A DNA stretch of 62,591 nt, the filler included, from Nitrospinae bacterium RIFCSPLOWO2_12_FULL_45_22 (GTDB lineage: Bacteria; 2-12-FULL-45-22): assembly GCA_001803565.1 (NCBI GenBank). It is 5 parts of 5 records of this genome, joined end to end, with 100 filler letters (N's around TTAATTAATTAA, not from the genome) between each part and the next. Parts side by side here need not be neighbours in the genome. Positions count along the whole stretch, not along the records: positions 1 to 16,334 come from MHDQ01000025.1; positions 16,435 to 32,265 come from MHDQ01000026.1; 3 more parts are not named here. One strand, written 5' to 3'. The notes below the pieces were generated by a model. That model was not told where the DNA came from and ran no database searches. It saw only the letters and a list, made by a program, of their open reading frames with translations. Within the stretch, counting starts at the first letter, position 1. Each line of letters opens with the position of its first letter. A program made the translations under genes and the position numbers. Shown piece by piece: positions 9,846 to 20,133 of the stretch.

Positions 9846-11174
9846 GTGGTGAAAAGATTCTGTAGCTTGTTAGCTTTTTCTTTGTTCCTGTTCTGGCCCC
9901 TGGTTAGCTGGGCCACCGATGAGGAGCTGTTGATGCTCCTGAAGACCAAAGGGGTCATTACCCAGGAGGAGATGGATGGCCTCCTGGAGCGGGTAAAAGG
10001 GCGGGAGAAGAAAGATAAGACCCTCAATGCCTTCTATAAGGATGGCTTTCAGGTACAAACGGTAGATAAGTCTTTTAAGATGCAAGTCGGTGGTCGCGTA
10101 CAGGGGGATTATCTAGGGCTGGACAATAATGACACCGATGATAGTTCCTTCACTATTCGGCGGGCCCGGATCTTTGCCTCGGGTGATCTTTTTAAACATA
10201 CTGATTTCAAAGGTGAGATAGACTTTGGTCAGGGCAACGATGCCAGCCTTACGGATGGTTACTTGAATTTTAAATATCTAAAGTGGGCCCAGCTCCGGAT
10301 CGGTCAGTACAAAGAGCCCTTTTCTCTGGAAGAGTTGACCTCATCCCGTTATATAGACTTTGTGGAGCGGTCTACTCTAAACAGCTTAGTTCCAGCTAGA
10401 GATATAGGTCTCATGGTTCATTCTGAATTCTTGGAAGGGACTATAGGTTATGGCCTGGGTATCTTTAATGGCAGTGGCCTTAACCAGAGACGCGATCAGA
10501 ACGATGATAAAGATATTGCCGGCCGGCTCTATTTCCGTCCCTTTGCCCAGAGCGAGTCCATGTTCCTCAAAGGGCTACAATTGGCTACTAACTTTACCGT
10601 GGGTAATCAGGAAGGCGGTCTCAGTACCATAAGAACCCCTGCCGCAAGAACATCTATTATTAGCTGGGCTAGTGGGGTGAAGAGCGATGACCGCCGCACC
10701 CGTTTTGGGGCGGACCTGGCCTGGGTCATCGGTCCCTTCTCTCTGAAGAGCGAGTATATCAGGGCAGATTGGGACAATCTCAGGCTAAAGAATAGGCAAG
10801 AAGACTTTGATATCCAGGGCTGGTATGTAACCGGCAGTATCTTCCTTACCGGTGAAGAGAAGCCCTTTAAAGAAGGTGCCTTTGGCCGGCTGAAGAAGGT
10901 GCATAGCTTTGATCCCCAAAAGTCCGGTTGGGGGGCCTGGGAACTCCTGGCCCGCTACGATACCCTCAGGGCCGATGATGATATCTTTGACCTGGGCTAT
11001 GCCACCGGCACTGACCGGATCAATGCCTTTACGGTAGGCCTGAACTGGTACCCGCATAATATGGTGACCGTGAAATTCAACTATGTCCATAACTCCTATG
11101 ATGACAACTTGAAGGAGCTCGAGGGAGACGATTCAGAAGACCTCTTTCTGACCCGGCTCCAGGTAGAATTCTAA
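9846..11174 (+). CDS. Phosphate-selective porin, OprO/OprP family
   Basis: Signal peptide, RRAR and GQYKEPFSLEELTSS motifs, C-terminal F; upstream of pstS. Confidence 0.88.
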   Translation: MVKRFCSLLAFSLFLFWPLVSWATDEELLMLLKTKGVITQEEMDGLLERVKGREKKDKTLNAFYKDGFQVQTVDKSFKMQVGGRVQGDYLGLDNNDTDDSSFTIRRARIFASGDLFKHTDFKGEIDFGQGNDASLTDGYLNFKYLKWAQLRIGQYKEPFSLEELTSSRYIDFVERSTLNSLVPARDIGLMVHSEFLEGTIGYGLGIFNGSGLNQRRDQNDDKDIAGRLYFRPFAQSESMFLKGLQLATNFTVGNQEGGLSTIRTPAARTSIISWASGVKSDDRRTRFGADLAWVIGPFSLKSEYIRADWDNLRLKNRQEDFDIQGWYVTGSIFLTGEEKPFKEGAFGRLKKVHSFDPQKSGWGAWELLARYDTLRADDDIFDLGYATGTDRINAFTVGLNWYPHNMVTVKFNYVHNSYDDNLKELEGDDSEDLFLTRLQVEF

Positions 11175-11352
11175 AGTGATTCTGGACACAGATGAACACA
11201 GATAATTTCGAGTTGTGTGTTAAACCCGTAACTCGCAACCCGTAACGAGTTACTGTAGGTATCTGTGAAAATCTGTGTCCCAACTTAAAGTGGTAATCGC
11301 AGGCTGTAGTCGCAGGCTTTAGCCTGCGCTAATTTAAAGAGAGGAGGAAAGA

Positions 11353-12348
11353 ATGATGATAGGGAGTAAGATCATAAGCAAGATTCTAAGTGTAGTTACC
11401 AGTTGTGTTTTAGTTGGAATAGTGACATCTATTAGCTTAAGCCAGGAGGCCATCCAGGTAGACCCCGGTATCACCTCCTACCAGAAGGCCATCGGTGTCT
11501 CGGGCAACCTGAGTAGTGTCGGTTCCGATACTATCCTCAACCTCATGACCCTCTGGGCCGAAGGGTTCAAGAAGGCCTATCCCAATGTCAATATTCAGAT
11601 CGAGGGGAAAGGCTCCAGTACTGCACCACCGGCCCTCATCTCTGGCACTGCGCAGCTCGGACCCATGTCCCGGGCCATGAAGCCCACTGAGATTGATGAA
11701 TTTGAGGCCAAGTTCGGCTATAAGCCCACCCAGATTAAGACCGCCATCGATACCATCGGGGTCTATGTCCACAAAGATAATCCTATCCAGGGCCTTACCA
11801 TGGGCCAGGTAGATGCTATATTCTCCAAGACCCATCGCTGTGGCAACCCCAAAGAGATCCGTACCTGGGGCGACCTGGCCCTCACGGGCGAGTGGGCCGA
11901 CAAGCCCATAAGTATCTATGGCCGTAACTCGGCCTCTGGCACCTATGGCTTCTTTAAAGAAAATGCCCTCTGCAAAGGCGATTACAAAGATGAGGTCAAG
12001 GAGCAGCCCGGGTCGGCTGCCGTAGTCCAGGGTGTTACTGAGGACCGCTACGGGATTGGTTATAGCGGTATCGGGTATGTCACCTCCGGGGTAAGGGCGG
12101 TACCCTTGGGTTTCGAAAACAAGGGTTTTGTCGAAGCCAATATGGAGAATGCCATGAATGGCTCTTATCCCCTGGCCCGCTTCCTCTATGTCTATATCAA
12201 TAAGGCGCCCGATAAACCCCTGGAGCCCCTAGTTAAAGAGTTCATTAAGTTCATCATGAGCCGGGAAGGCCAGGAGGTAGTCATAAAAGATGGTTACTTT
12301 CCCCTGACGGCAGATTTAGTGGCCAAGGAATTGGCCAATCTAGAATAG
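11353..12348 (+). CDS. pstS: Phosphate ABC transporter substrate-binding protein
   Basis: [23 protein letters not shown] and YPLARFLY motifs. Confidence 0.92.
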   Translation: MMIGSKIISKILSVVTSCVLVGIVTSISLSQEAIQVDPGITSYQKAIGVSGNLSSVGSDTILNLMTLWAEGFKKAYPNVNIQIEGKGSSTAPPALISGTAQLGPMSRAMKPTEIDEFEAKFGYKPTQIKTAIDTIGVYVHKDNPIQGLTMGQVDAIFSKTHRCGNPKEIRTWGDLALTGEWADKPISIYGRNSASGTYGFFKENALCKGDYKDEVKEQPGSAAVVQGVTEDRYGIGYSGIGYVTSGVRAVPLGFENKGFVEANMENAMNGSYPLARFLYVYINKAPDKPLEPLVKEFIKFIMSREGQEVVIKDGYFPLTADLVAKELANLE

Positions 12349-12447
12349 GAATACTTACCGCAGGGACACAGAGGCCGTGGAGAGAATGGACCTAAACCAG
12401 GGTACCCACAGCCTCCTCAGCGTCTCAGCGCCTCTGCGGTTAATATT

Positions 12448-13182
12448 ATGGAAAGATACTCACCCATGTTAATAGCAATATTTGGGGATATCCATGGGAA
12501 TATTGAGGCCCTCAGGGTGGCATATGAGGCGGCCATCACTCATAGAGTTGAAAAGATATATCACCTGGGCGACCTAGGTGGCTATGCACCATTCGTAAAT
12601 GAAGTGGTTGATTTCCTTATCGAGCATAAGATTGAGGGAATACAGGGTAATTATGATGAAGCGGTAGCTAATAACCGGGAACATTGTGGCTGCAAGTATG
12701 AGAACCCCTTCCAGGCAGAGATGGCCACCTTGTCTTTTGAGTGGACCAAGCAGCATGCTACCCAGAAGAGTAAGGACTATATGAAGGGTCTCCCTTTTGA
12801 TATTTCATTCTCCTGCCACAATCTAACCATAACCCTATTCCATGCCACCCCATTGAAAAACAATCTTTATTGGTACCAAGAAAGGCCGGATAAATTTTTC
12901 CGGCAGATGGCTATGTGGGCAGATGCCAAGGTAATGATTTATGGACATACTCATATCCCTTACAGGAAGGATATAGACAATAAGGTATTCATCAATGCTG
13001 GTAGTGTAGGGAAGCCAAAGGATGGGAATCCAGGGGCATGTGTGGCATTGGTTGATATTACTCCCGATGCCATAAGAACCGAATTATTAAGGCTGCCTTA
13101 TGATGTAGAAAAGATGGCGGGAGCCATAATTAAAAGCGGCTTACCAAAATATTTTGCCGAGAAGCTGCGCTCAGGAGAATGA
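12448..13182 (+). CDS. Metallophosphoesterase (calcineurin-like)
   Basis: GDIHGN, LGDL, GNYD, GHTH and NAGSVG motifs plus a CGC motif. Confidence 0.85.
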   Translation: MERYSPMLIAIFGDIHGNIEALRVAYEAAITHRVEKIYHLGDLGGYAPFVNEVVDFLIEHKIEGIQGNYDEAVANNREHCGCKYENPFQAEMATLSFEWTKQHATQKSKDYMKGLPFDISFSCHNLTITLFHATPLKNNLYWYQERPDKFFRQMAMWADAKVMIYGHTHIPYRKDIDNKVFINAGSVGKPKDGNPGACVALVDITPDAIRTELLRLPYDVEKMAGAIIKSGLPKYFAEKLRSGE

Positions 13183-13200
13183 GTCGAGAGGAGAGCGCCA

Positions 13201-13959
13201 ATGGATCAGAAAGAGGATATTCTGGAATTAAGACCTAACATCTTCCGCCTGCGGGGCACCAATCAGAGTAGCCATTCCTACGTGATAAAAGGAGATTATA
13301 AGAACCTGCTGATTGATTCCGGGGCAGATGAGAACTTTCAAAAGTTGGAAAGCCTCCTCCTAAAGGTGGGCCTCAAGGTAAAAGATATTGACATAATAAT
13401 AAATACCCATGAACATTTTGATCACATAGGGGCTAACCGCTATTTTCAGGACTATGCCCTCATCGCTTCCCATCGCTACTCGGCCAATAAGATAACCCTG
13501 GCAGACCGGGTCGTTACTCATTACCAGAGCCGGGATATGAATGAGTTACCCCTGAAGGTGCATTTATGCCTAAAAGACCGGTGTCGGATGGATCTGGGCA
13601 ATTATATCCTGGATGTAATCCATACCCCAGGCCATACCTCGGGCTCCATCTGTCTGTATGAATTCAGTCAGATGCTATTATTTACGGGTGATACTGTCTT
13701 TGCCGGCGGCACTTTATCCAGGATTGCCGAGTCAGGCAGTATTGGCGATTATATAAACTCCATCATTACTTTGAGAAACTTCAGGATTGCTGAGCTCTAC
13801 CCTGGCCATGGCCGTATTTCTTGTACACCAGACGAAGATATGGAGCAGGCCATAATCAATGCCCGCTCCTTCCTCAAAGATAAATGCCAACCGTCACCTA
13901 TCGGAATGGCCAGTCCATCTCTTGAATCGGAAGATAACGAAAATTTAATAAAATTGTAA
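13201..13959 (+). CDS. MBL-fold metallo-hydrolase
   Basis: THEHFDHIG, HTPGHT, FTGD and PGHG motifs. Confidence 0.88.
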   Translation: MDQKEDILELRPNIFRLRGTNQSSHSYVIKGDYKNLLIDSGADENFQKLESLLLKVGLKVKDIDIIINTHEHFDHIGANRYFQDYALIASHRYSANKITLADRVVTHYQSRDMNELPLKVHLCLKDRCRMDLGNYILDVIHTPGHTSGSICLYEFSQMLLFTGDTVFAGGTLSRIAESGSIGDYINSIITLRNFRIAELYPGHGRISCTPDEDMEQAIINARSFLKDKCQPSPIGMASPSLESEDNENLIKL

Positions 13960-13982
13960 CCATTCCTTAACCTGCCTGTAAC
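13934..13982 (+). promoter_or_regulatory. Pho-box-like 11-bp direct repeats upstream of the second regulator and pstC
   Basis: ATAAC/TTAAT/GTAAC/TTAAC/GTAAC at 13934, 13945, 13956, 13967 and 13978, followed by TATAAT. Confidence 0.65.
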
Positions 13983-14006
13983 ATTTCCAGGCTATAATGT
14001 GCGGCA

Positions 14007-14720
14007 ATGGATAAAGTATCACCAAAGTTCAAGCCTAAGACTGTCCTGGTAGTAGATGATGAGTTAGATGTAGTACGTTTAGTAGCTTATCATCTCGCCC
14101 AGGCCGGTTTTTCGGTCTATGAGGCATATGATGGCAAGAGCGGTATTGATATCTGCCTGAGTAATCCCATAGATCTATTAATCCTGGATATTATGCTCCC
14201 GCAATTGAGTGGCTGGGAAGTATGTCAACTCCTGAAGGCTCATCCCAAGACCTATCGGCTGCCTATAATTATCCTTTCCGCACTGGCTGAGGAAGAAGCC
14301 CGGATAAAGGGTTTCCAGTTGGGGGCCGATGACTATATGGTAAAGCCCTTTTCTCCCCGGGAGTTGGTTTGTCGGGTAAAGAACATCTTGCACCAGATGG
14401 AAGTCGAGAAAAAGGCTAGGTCGGTAATAAGGGTTGGAGAAATCACTATTGATTTCTCTAGACACCGGGTATTCAGGCAAGATAAGGAGATATTTTTGAG
14501 TATAAGAGAATTTAACCTCTTGAAACTCCTCGCTACTCACCAGGGATGTATCCTCAAGCGGGATGAGATCATAGAGGCCTTGTGGGATCAGGACCGCTTT
14601 ATCGAATATGGCAATATAGATGTCCATATATGTCACCTGAGGAAAAAGTTAGAACCTGATCCGCATAAACCCCGGCACATTGTTACCAAAAAAGGTGTAG
14701 GGTACCTACTAGCCAGCTAA
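14007..14720 (+). CDS. Second PhoB-like OmpR-family response regulator
   Basis: REC domain plus wHTH; KPFSPREL motif; lies between the MBL gene and pstC. Confidence 0.8.
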   Translation: MDKVSPKFKPKTVLVVDDELDVVRLVAYHLAQAGFSVYEAYDGKSGIDICLSNPIDLLILDIMLPQLSGWEVCQLLKAHPKTYRLPIIILSALAEEEARIKGFQLGADDYMVKPFSPRELVCRVKNILHQMEVEKKARSVIRVGEITIDFSRHRVFRQDKEIFLSIREFNLLKLLATHQGCILKRDEIIEALWDQDRFIEYGNIDVHICHLRKKLEPDPHKPRHIVTKKGVGYLLAS

Positions 14721-14728
14721 GATAGGGG

Positions 14729-16334
14729 GTGATAAATCTGTCTTCGGCCAGATGGAAAACTATAACGGGGGTTTTACCCTACCTGATTATCTCATTAGGG
14801 GGTATCACCATAATAGTGAGCATCCTGGCTATTCTGATATTTATTGCCTGGGAGGTTTATCCTTTGTGGAAAAAACCCAAGGCCGGCCTAGTCGCTAAGA
14901 TCAATCTTACCCAGGAACTAACCGGTATAAATTGGGATGATCTGCCATCACCCCTGGCTTTAGGGATCGAAGAATATCGCGAGATAGCTTTTGTGCCGGC
15001 GGTAGATGGGGCCATCAACTTCTTCTCACCTATTACGGGTAAGGTGATAGAGTCCGCCAGGGTGAAAGAGATAGAACCAGGAGATATTACCGCTTCTCGG
15101 GGGTCATTGGGCAGCAAAGGAATAATCATGGGCACTTCTACCGGTGAGGTAGTAGTAGGGGAGATAAATTTCTCTATCTCCTTTATCAGCGGGAAGCGCA
15201 CTATCAGACCAACTATTACGGTGAAAGGGCCTATTAAAGTTGATCAGGCGGGGCAACCTCTCTCGCTCGTTACTTTTAAGGGAGATGAAGAGCAAGGGGC
15301 TGCTGCCGCCCTAACCGCAGATGGCAGACTGGTTTTTTTTGCTTACCAGAAAGGCCCTCCTACCCTCCTCCTGGGCGAAGGGAAAAGAGAGGAGTTTCGA
15401 CACGATCTTACCCAGCAACTTCAGGGAGAGCAGGTGAGGGCCTTGGCCTTAGACCATTTCTTGGAAAATCTCTATATAGGTACCCAACATGGGCATATTT
15501 ATAATTGGGCTGTGAGGGATAAGAGGAATCTTTCTTTAGTGGACAAGTTGGATGCCACGGGTGACAGGAGAGCCCCAGTTACTGCCCTGGGGTTTTTGAT
15601 AGGTGAGCGGTCCCTCATGGTCGGTGATGCCGCCGGTAATGTGAGTACCTGGATGCAAATAGCGAATCAGACTTCTCCTGGAAAGACCATACTCAGAAGG
15701 GGCCATGTACTGAATCCCCATCCGGCAGCGGTTACTGCGGTGGCTGGTTCATCGCGGAATAAGGGTTTTGTATCGGCCGATGTCCAAGGAAACATCTTTA
15801 TCCACCATGCCACATCAGAACAAACTCTGCTGGAGCTTAAAGGGGAAGGAGAGATCATTAAAGCCCTGGCCTTTGCCCCCAAAGCCGATGGAGTAATAGC
15901 TCTGGACGGAAAAGGGGTATTTTACCACTGGGAGGTGGATAATCCCCACCCGGAAATAAACCTGAAAACTCTCTTTGGTAAGGTCTGGTATGAGGGCTAT
16001 CAAAAACCGGAATATGTATGGCAGTCTACCGGAGGAAGCGACGACTTTGAACCGAAAATCAGCCTTACACCCCTGGTTTATGGCACCTTTAAAGGTACCT
16101 TTTATGCCCTGATCTTTGCTATCCCATTAGCAGTACTGGGGGCCATTTATACCTCTCAGCTTATGCACCCTAATCTAAAAGGAATTGTTAAACCAAGCAT
16201 AGAAATTATGGCGGCTTTACCCAGTGTAGTGCTGGGTTTTTTGGCCGGTCTATGGATAGCTCCTCTACTGGAAAAGATATTGCCCGCGGTGCTAATTATG
16301 CCTTTGGTTATCATTAGTTTGATATTGGTTGCGG
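14729..16334 (+). CDS. pstC: Phosphate ABC permease PstC with periplasmic beta-propeller insert (truncated by gap)
   Basis: KVWYEGY...WQSTGGSDDFEPK and KPSIEIMAALPSVVLGF; WD40-like N-terminal region. Confidence 0.85.
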
Positions 16335-16434
16335 NNNNNNNNNNNNNNNNNNNNNNNNNNNNNNNNNNNNNNNNNNNNTTAATTAATTAANNNNNNNNNN
16401 NNNNNNNNNNNNNNNNNNNNNNNNNNNNNNNNNN
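16335..16434. other. Artificial contig linker
   Basis: N run containing TTAATTAATTAA (stops in all frames). Confidence 0.97.
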
Positions 16435-16553
16435 AGATGAAATAACCATTTACGTATAAGCCTTTGGTTTGGCAACGGTAGGCCGTTTCTGGTATACTCG
16501 TCCTTTTGTTGAAAGCTGATTGCTAATACCTGAACGCTTCCCGGGGGTAGGCT

Positions 16554-17348
16554 ATGAAGAGTCTAATCAAGGCTATTCTGGTAGGGTTAGCGCTGAGTAT
16601 AGGTGCGGGGATAGCCGGGGCCGACGATCGCTTCCAATTGCTATTTAGTGGAAGGGCAAAGCTTTTGGACCTGACTTATCCCATTAATAAGGGTAATGCC
16701 TATTGGCCCGGCAGCGCCTATTTTCCATTCACGCTTAAAAACATCGCTAATATTGATAAAGACGGCGTATACTCGAATAGCTTCTCTATGCCAGAACACC
16801 TGGGGACTCATATGGACGCCCCCAGTCATTTTGTTAAGGGCCAACTGTCTTTAGATCAGATCCCTTTGACTCAACTCTTTGGCCCTGCCGTAGTAGTAGA
16901 TGTCCGGCAAAAGGTGGATAAGAACCCGGATTATCAAATGAGTATCCAGGACCTGAAGGGATGGGAACAGGCCCATGGGCTCATACCCGATGGAGCCATC
17001 ATATTAATGTATACCGGCTGGGGGGAGCGGTGGTCTGATTTTAATAGCTATCGGAACCGAGATGCGCAGGGCAACTTGCATTTCCCGGGCTATTCGCCCG
17101 AAGTGGCTCAATTCCTGATAAAAGAAAAGAGTATCTATGGGATTGGTATAGACACTTTGAGTGTAGACTATGGCCTATCTAAAGATTTTAAAGTCCACCA
17201 CATATGCCATGGGGCAGGTAAATACCATCTAGAGAACGTGGCTAATCTGGACAAGATGCCTGCTAACGGGGCTTATCTGATATTGGCCCCGATCAAGATT
17301 GAAGGCGGTTCTGGAGGACCTACGAGAATCTATGCTGTATTACCCTGA
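16554..17348 (+). CDS. Cyclase/kynurenine formamidase family protein with signal peptide
   Basis: EHLGTHMDAPSHF, GIDTLSVD, HLENV and GGSGGPTR motifs. Confidence 0.88.
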   Translation: MKSLIKAILVGLALSIGAGIAGADDRFQLLFSGRAKLLDLTYPINKGNAYWPGSAYFPFTLKNIANIDKDGVYSNSFSMPEHLGTHMDAPSHFVKGQLSLDQIPLTQLFGPAVVVDVRQKVDKNPDYQMSIQDLKGWEQAHGLIPDGAIILMYTGWGERWSDFNSYRNRDAQGNLHFPGYSPEVAQFLIKEKSIYGIGIDTLSVDYGLSKDFKVHHICHGAGKYHLENVANLDKMPANGAYLILAPIKIEGGSGGPTRIYAVLP

Positions 17349-17478
17349 TTGTCCAGGAATTTCCTTTTGGACACAGATGAACGCAGATTTTTAGGACTAA
17401 GGGAAAATATTGAGTGGTGAAGAGTAAGGAGTAAACAGTTAACTCTGGATGGCTTACTGCTCACTCTTGACTTTAATT

Positions 17479-20133
17479 TTATCTGCCGTGCTTTACTCCA
17501 GCCTCTTCAACTGCGGCAATGATCTCTTTACACACTTTCTGTAATTCACGAGATATACGACCGATTACTCTCTTATCCTGGGTGTAATATTGAATGATAT
17601 ATTTGAAAGGCTCAAGGAAGTCAAACTCTTCCTTATACGGTGTCCTTGAGAGTTCATTGATGAACTCCTCTGCCTCTTTAAACCTCCTGAGTTTTAAAAT
17701 ATTTATTAAGAAGGTATAGAAAATAGAATGGATTTGTTTTAATATTTTAACCCTTGGAAGTGCTTCAAGTAGCTCATAGACAAGCCTCTTATAAGTCGTT
17801 TCTCTGTCTACCCTGAGCGAAAGCCAGGCCGCTGTAAGAAGGGTATCAATCATAGAGGGATAGTCAAGTATTGCTTTCTTCTTTATAATCTCCCAGGATG
17901 CAATGAACTGCTGGAGTGCCTCTTTAAGGTAATTTTCATTGTGCTTAAGTTCAGCCAACTCTAAGAGTGCAACTCCCCATTTAGAGAATGCCGAAAAATG
18001 ATCGGGGTCCAATTCAAGCACCTTTTTGCATTTCTCGATTACCTCCCGAAATAGTTTTTCATCTCTCTTCAGGGTTGCGAATTCTAATAATGAGTCTCCC
18101 CATTTGCAAAAGGCTTCATAAAAATCAGGTTTTAATTCCACTGCCATCTTGAATTTTTCAAAAGACTCCTGAAAGAGTCCCTCATCCTGCTTTAACTCGG
18201 CAAGTTCAGACAGTGCAATCCCCCAGCTATAGAAGCCTTCAGGATCATCAGGCTCTAATTCAACTACCTTTTCATATTTTTCAAAGGCTTCTCTGAAGAG
18301 TCCTTCATCCCGCTTTAATTTAGCAAGGTCTGAGAGTGCAATCCCCCAGTTGTTAAAAGCTCTAAAATAATCAGGTTTTAATTCCACTGCCCTTTTGTAT
18401 TTTTCAAAGGCTTCCTGGAAGAGCCTCTCATCCTGCTTTAACTCAGCAAGGCGTAAAAGTGCGTTTCCCCAGTTATGGAAGGCTTCAGGAAAATCGGGCT
18501 TTAATTCCACTGCCCTTTTGTATTTTTCAAAGGCTTCTTGGAAGAGTCCCTCATCCTGCTTCAATCTGGCAAGGTCTGAGAGTGCAAGCCCCCAGTTATA
18601 GAAGGCCCCATAATCTTTAGGCTCGATTTCTGTAATCCTTGAGAATTGTATTACTGAATCAGCAAATGCACCTTCTTCAGCTAAGGCTATTCCATAGAGG
18701 TTGAGTATATAAAGGCTATCCGGCTTCTTTCTTAAATATCTTTTAGATAGTTCAATTACCCGACGGAATTCTCGCTTCTCATATACCTCCTGAATCTCTC
18801 TTTCTGCTTTAATAATTCTTATTCTTTTCTTCAGCTTTAATGCAGCCTCGGTATATTCGAGCAATCTTGCATATTGTGGACGAGTATCCGCAGTATGAAT
18901 GAGCATTTTGCGATATTCCCTCAATTGAGCCTCGGAGTACCAAAGACTGATAAACCGAATAAACATCTCAACCAATCCTCGGTCAGTGGTGGATAAATGC
19001 CAATAGCGATAGAGGTGCTCTTCTAAGTCATAGAGCGCGCCTATACCTTTCTCTTTTCTAACAAACCTTACAAATCCATTCTTCTCCAGTTCATTTAACT
19101 GGGCGGTGACGGTATTCGTAGGAATATGAAGCTTTTTTGATATCTGACCTGGAGTAAGAAGGAAGGGGCTTTCGGCAAAGGCGATGAGGATCTTTTCCTG
19201 CTGAGGGGAGAGATTCTCGGTCCTGGACTGAAAGTATGGGGTCAACTCCTCCAGGAGATGATAGAACAACCTCTCTATCTCCTCCAATCTCTCATACTCT
19301 AAGGCTATCTCATAAAGCATGAGGATAAGCCTGGGATTGCCACCAGTAAGGGTGGAAAGAACCATGAGTAGAGCCCGGTTTCTCTTTATTGTCTCTAAGA
19401 AATCCTGTCTCCCCTCAAGCTCGGCTCTCTTCAACCAGAGACCCTGACAGTCATTATCTGAGAAATCTTCTAACTCCTCTATCCTAAAGAAGTTGTATAA
19501 GGCATGCTTGTGATCAATCAGTTGTTTAAAAACTGAGGTAGAGGTGCCGATGAGTAATAGGACATTATCATTCATTAGAAGGCTTCGTAACCAGCGCTCC
19601 TTGTAAGGATCTTTTATTTTTATGACCCTCTTTCCAAAGACCCTATCTAAGTTTTCTACTAAAAGGAGAAGCTTTCTTTTTCTTTTTATGGCCTGCCCGA
19701 TTAAAAAAGCCCGTATCTTCTCTACTGCGTCGGTTTCTTTCTCACCTCTGATATCTTCAAGAATCTTATCCCATCCCTCTTCCTCTCCCTGAGCCAACTT
19801 GATTATCTTTACCATAAAATCCAGTAGAGAGATAATTCCATACCCCTGCTCAGGAAACAAGATAGGTAGCCACTTCTTTCTAAACCCTTCCTCTTCCTTT
19901 ATTCGATGATAGATGAAGGATATGAGATGGCTTTTGCCAATACCTCTTGGTCCTACCAATAACCAATGTTGATGGGTTTTTTTCTCTGCCTGTTCCTTTA
20001 TGGAATTAAAGAGCAGATTTAATAATTCCTCCCTTCCTACGGTGGTCTCTTCAAGTTCCTTTAGGGAGAAATGGATCGGGTTATAGTGATAAATCACTCT
20101 TTTAGCCTCCTCTTGAATTGATATCGTTTCCAA
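17479..20133 (-). CDS. P-loop NTPase (STAND/AAA-like) with winged HTH and TPR repeats
   Basis: Walker A GPRGIGKS, Walker B LLLLVENLD, GGNPR, HTH-like PGQISKKLHIPTNTVTAQLNELEKNGFV, six 41-aa repeats. Confidence 0.8.
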   Translation of the reverse strand: METISIQEEAKRVIYHYNPIHFSLKELEETTVGREELLNLLFNSIKEQAEKKTHQHWLLVGPRGIGKSHLISFIYHRIKEEEGFRKKWLPILFPEQGYGIISLLDFMVKIIKLAQGEEEGWDKILEDIRGEKETDAVEKIRAFLIGQAIKRKRKLLLLVENLDRVFGKRVIKIKDPYKERWLRSLLMNDNVLLLIGTSTSVFKQLIDHKHALYNFFRIEELEDFSDNDCQGLWLKRAELEGRQDFLETIKRNRALLMVLSTLTGGNPRLILMLYEIALEYERLEEIERLFYHLLEELTPYFQSRTENLSPQQEKILIAFAESPFLLTPGQISKKLHIPTNTVTAQLNELEKNGFVRFVRKEKGIGALYDLEEHLYRYWHLSTTDRGLVEMFIRFISLWYSEAQLREYRKMLIHTADTRPQYARLLEYTEAALKLKKRIRIIKAEREIQEVYEKREFRRVIELSKRYLRKKPDSLYILNLYGIALAEEGAFADSVIQFSRITEIEPKDYGAFYNWGLALSDLARLKQDEGLFQEAFEKYKRAVELKPDFPEAFHNWGNALLRLAELKQDERLFQEAFEKYKRAVELKPDYFRAFNNWGIALSDLAKLKRDEGLFREAFEKYEKVVELEPDDPEGFYSWGIALSELAELKQDEGLFQESFEKFKMAVELKPDFYEAFCKWGDSLLEFATLKRDEKLFREVIEKCKKVLELDPDHFSAFSKWGVALLELAELKHNENYLKEALQQFIASWEIIKKKAILDYPSMIDTLLTAAWLSLRVDRETTYKRLVYELLEALPRVKILKQIHSIFYTFLINILKLRRFKEAEEFINELSRTPYKEEFDFLEPFKYIIQYYTQDKRVIGRISRELQKVCKEIIAAVEEAGVKHGR
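17905..18615 (-). repeat. Six 123-bp (41-aa) intragenic TPR-like tandem repeats
   Basis: For example ATTCCACTGCCCTTTTGTATTTTTCAAAGGCTTC recurs at 18381 and 18504. Confidence 0.9.

Noticed and set aside
16335-16434. TTAATTAATTAA motif repeated four times in the window
   Set aside because: Artificial scaffold linker inside N runs, not biological; the apparent pstC end LIN* is an artefact
17905-18615. Regular repeats that might be a CRISPR array or a DGR template/variable pair
   Set aside because: They are in-frame coding repeats without unique spacers; differences are not restricted to adenines and no RT or cas genes are present
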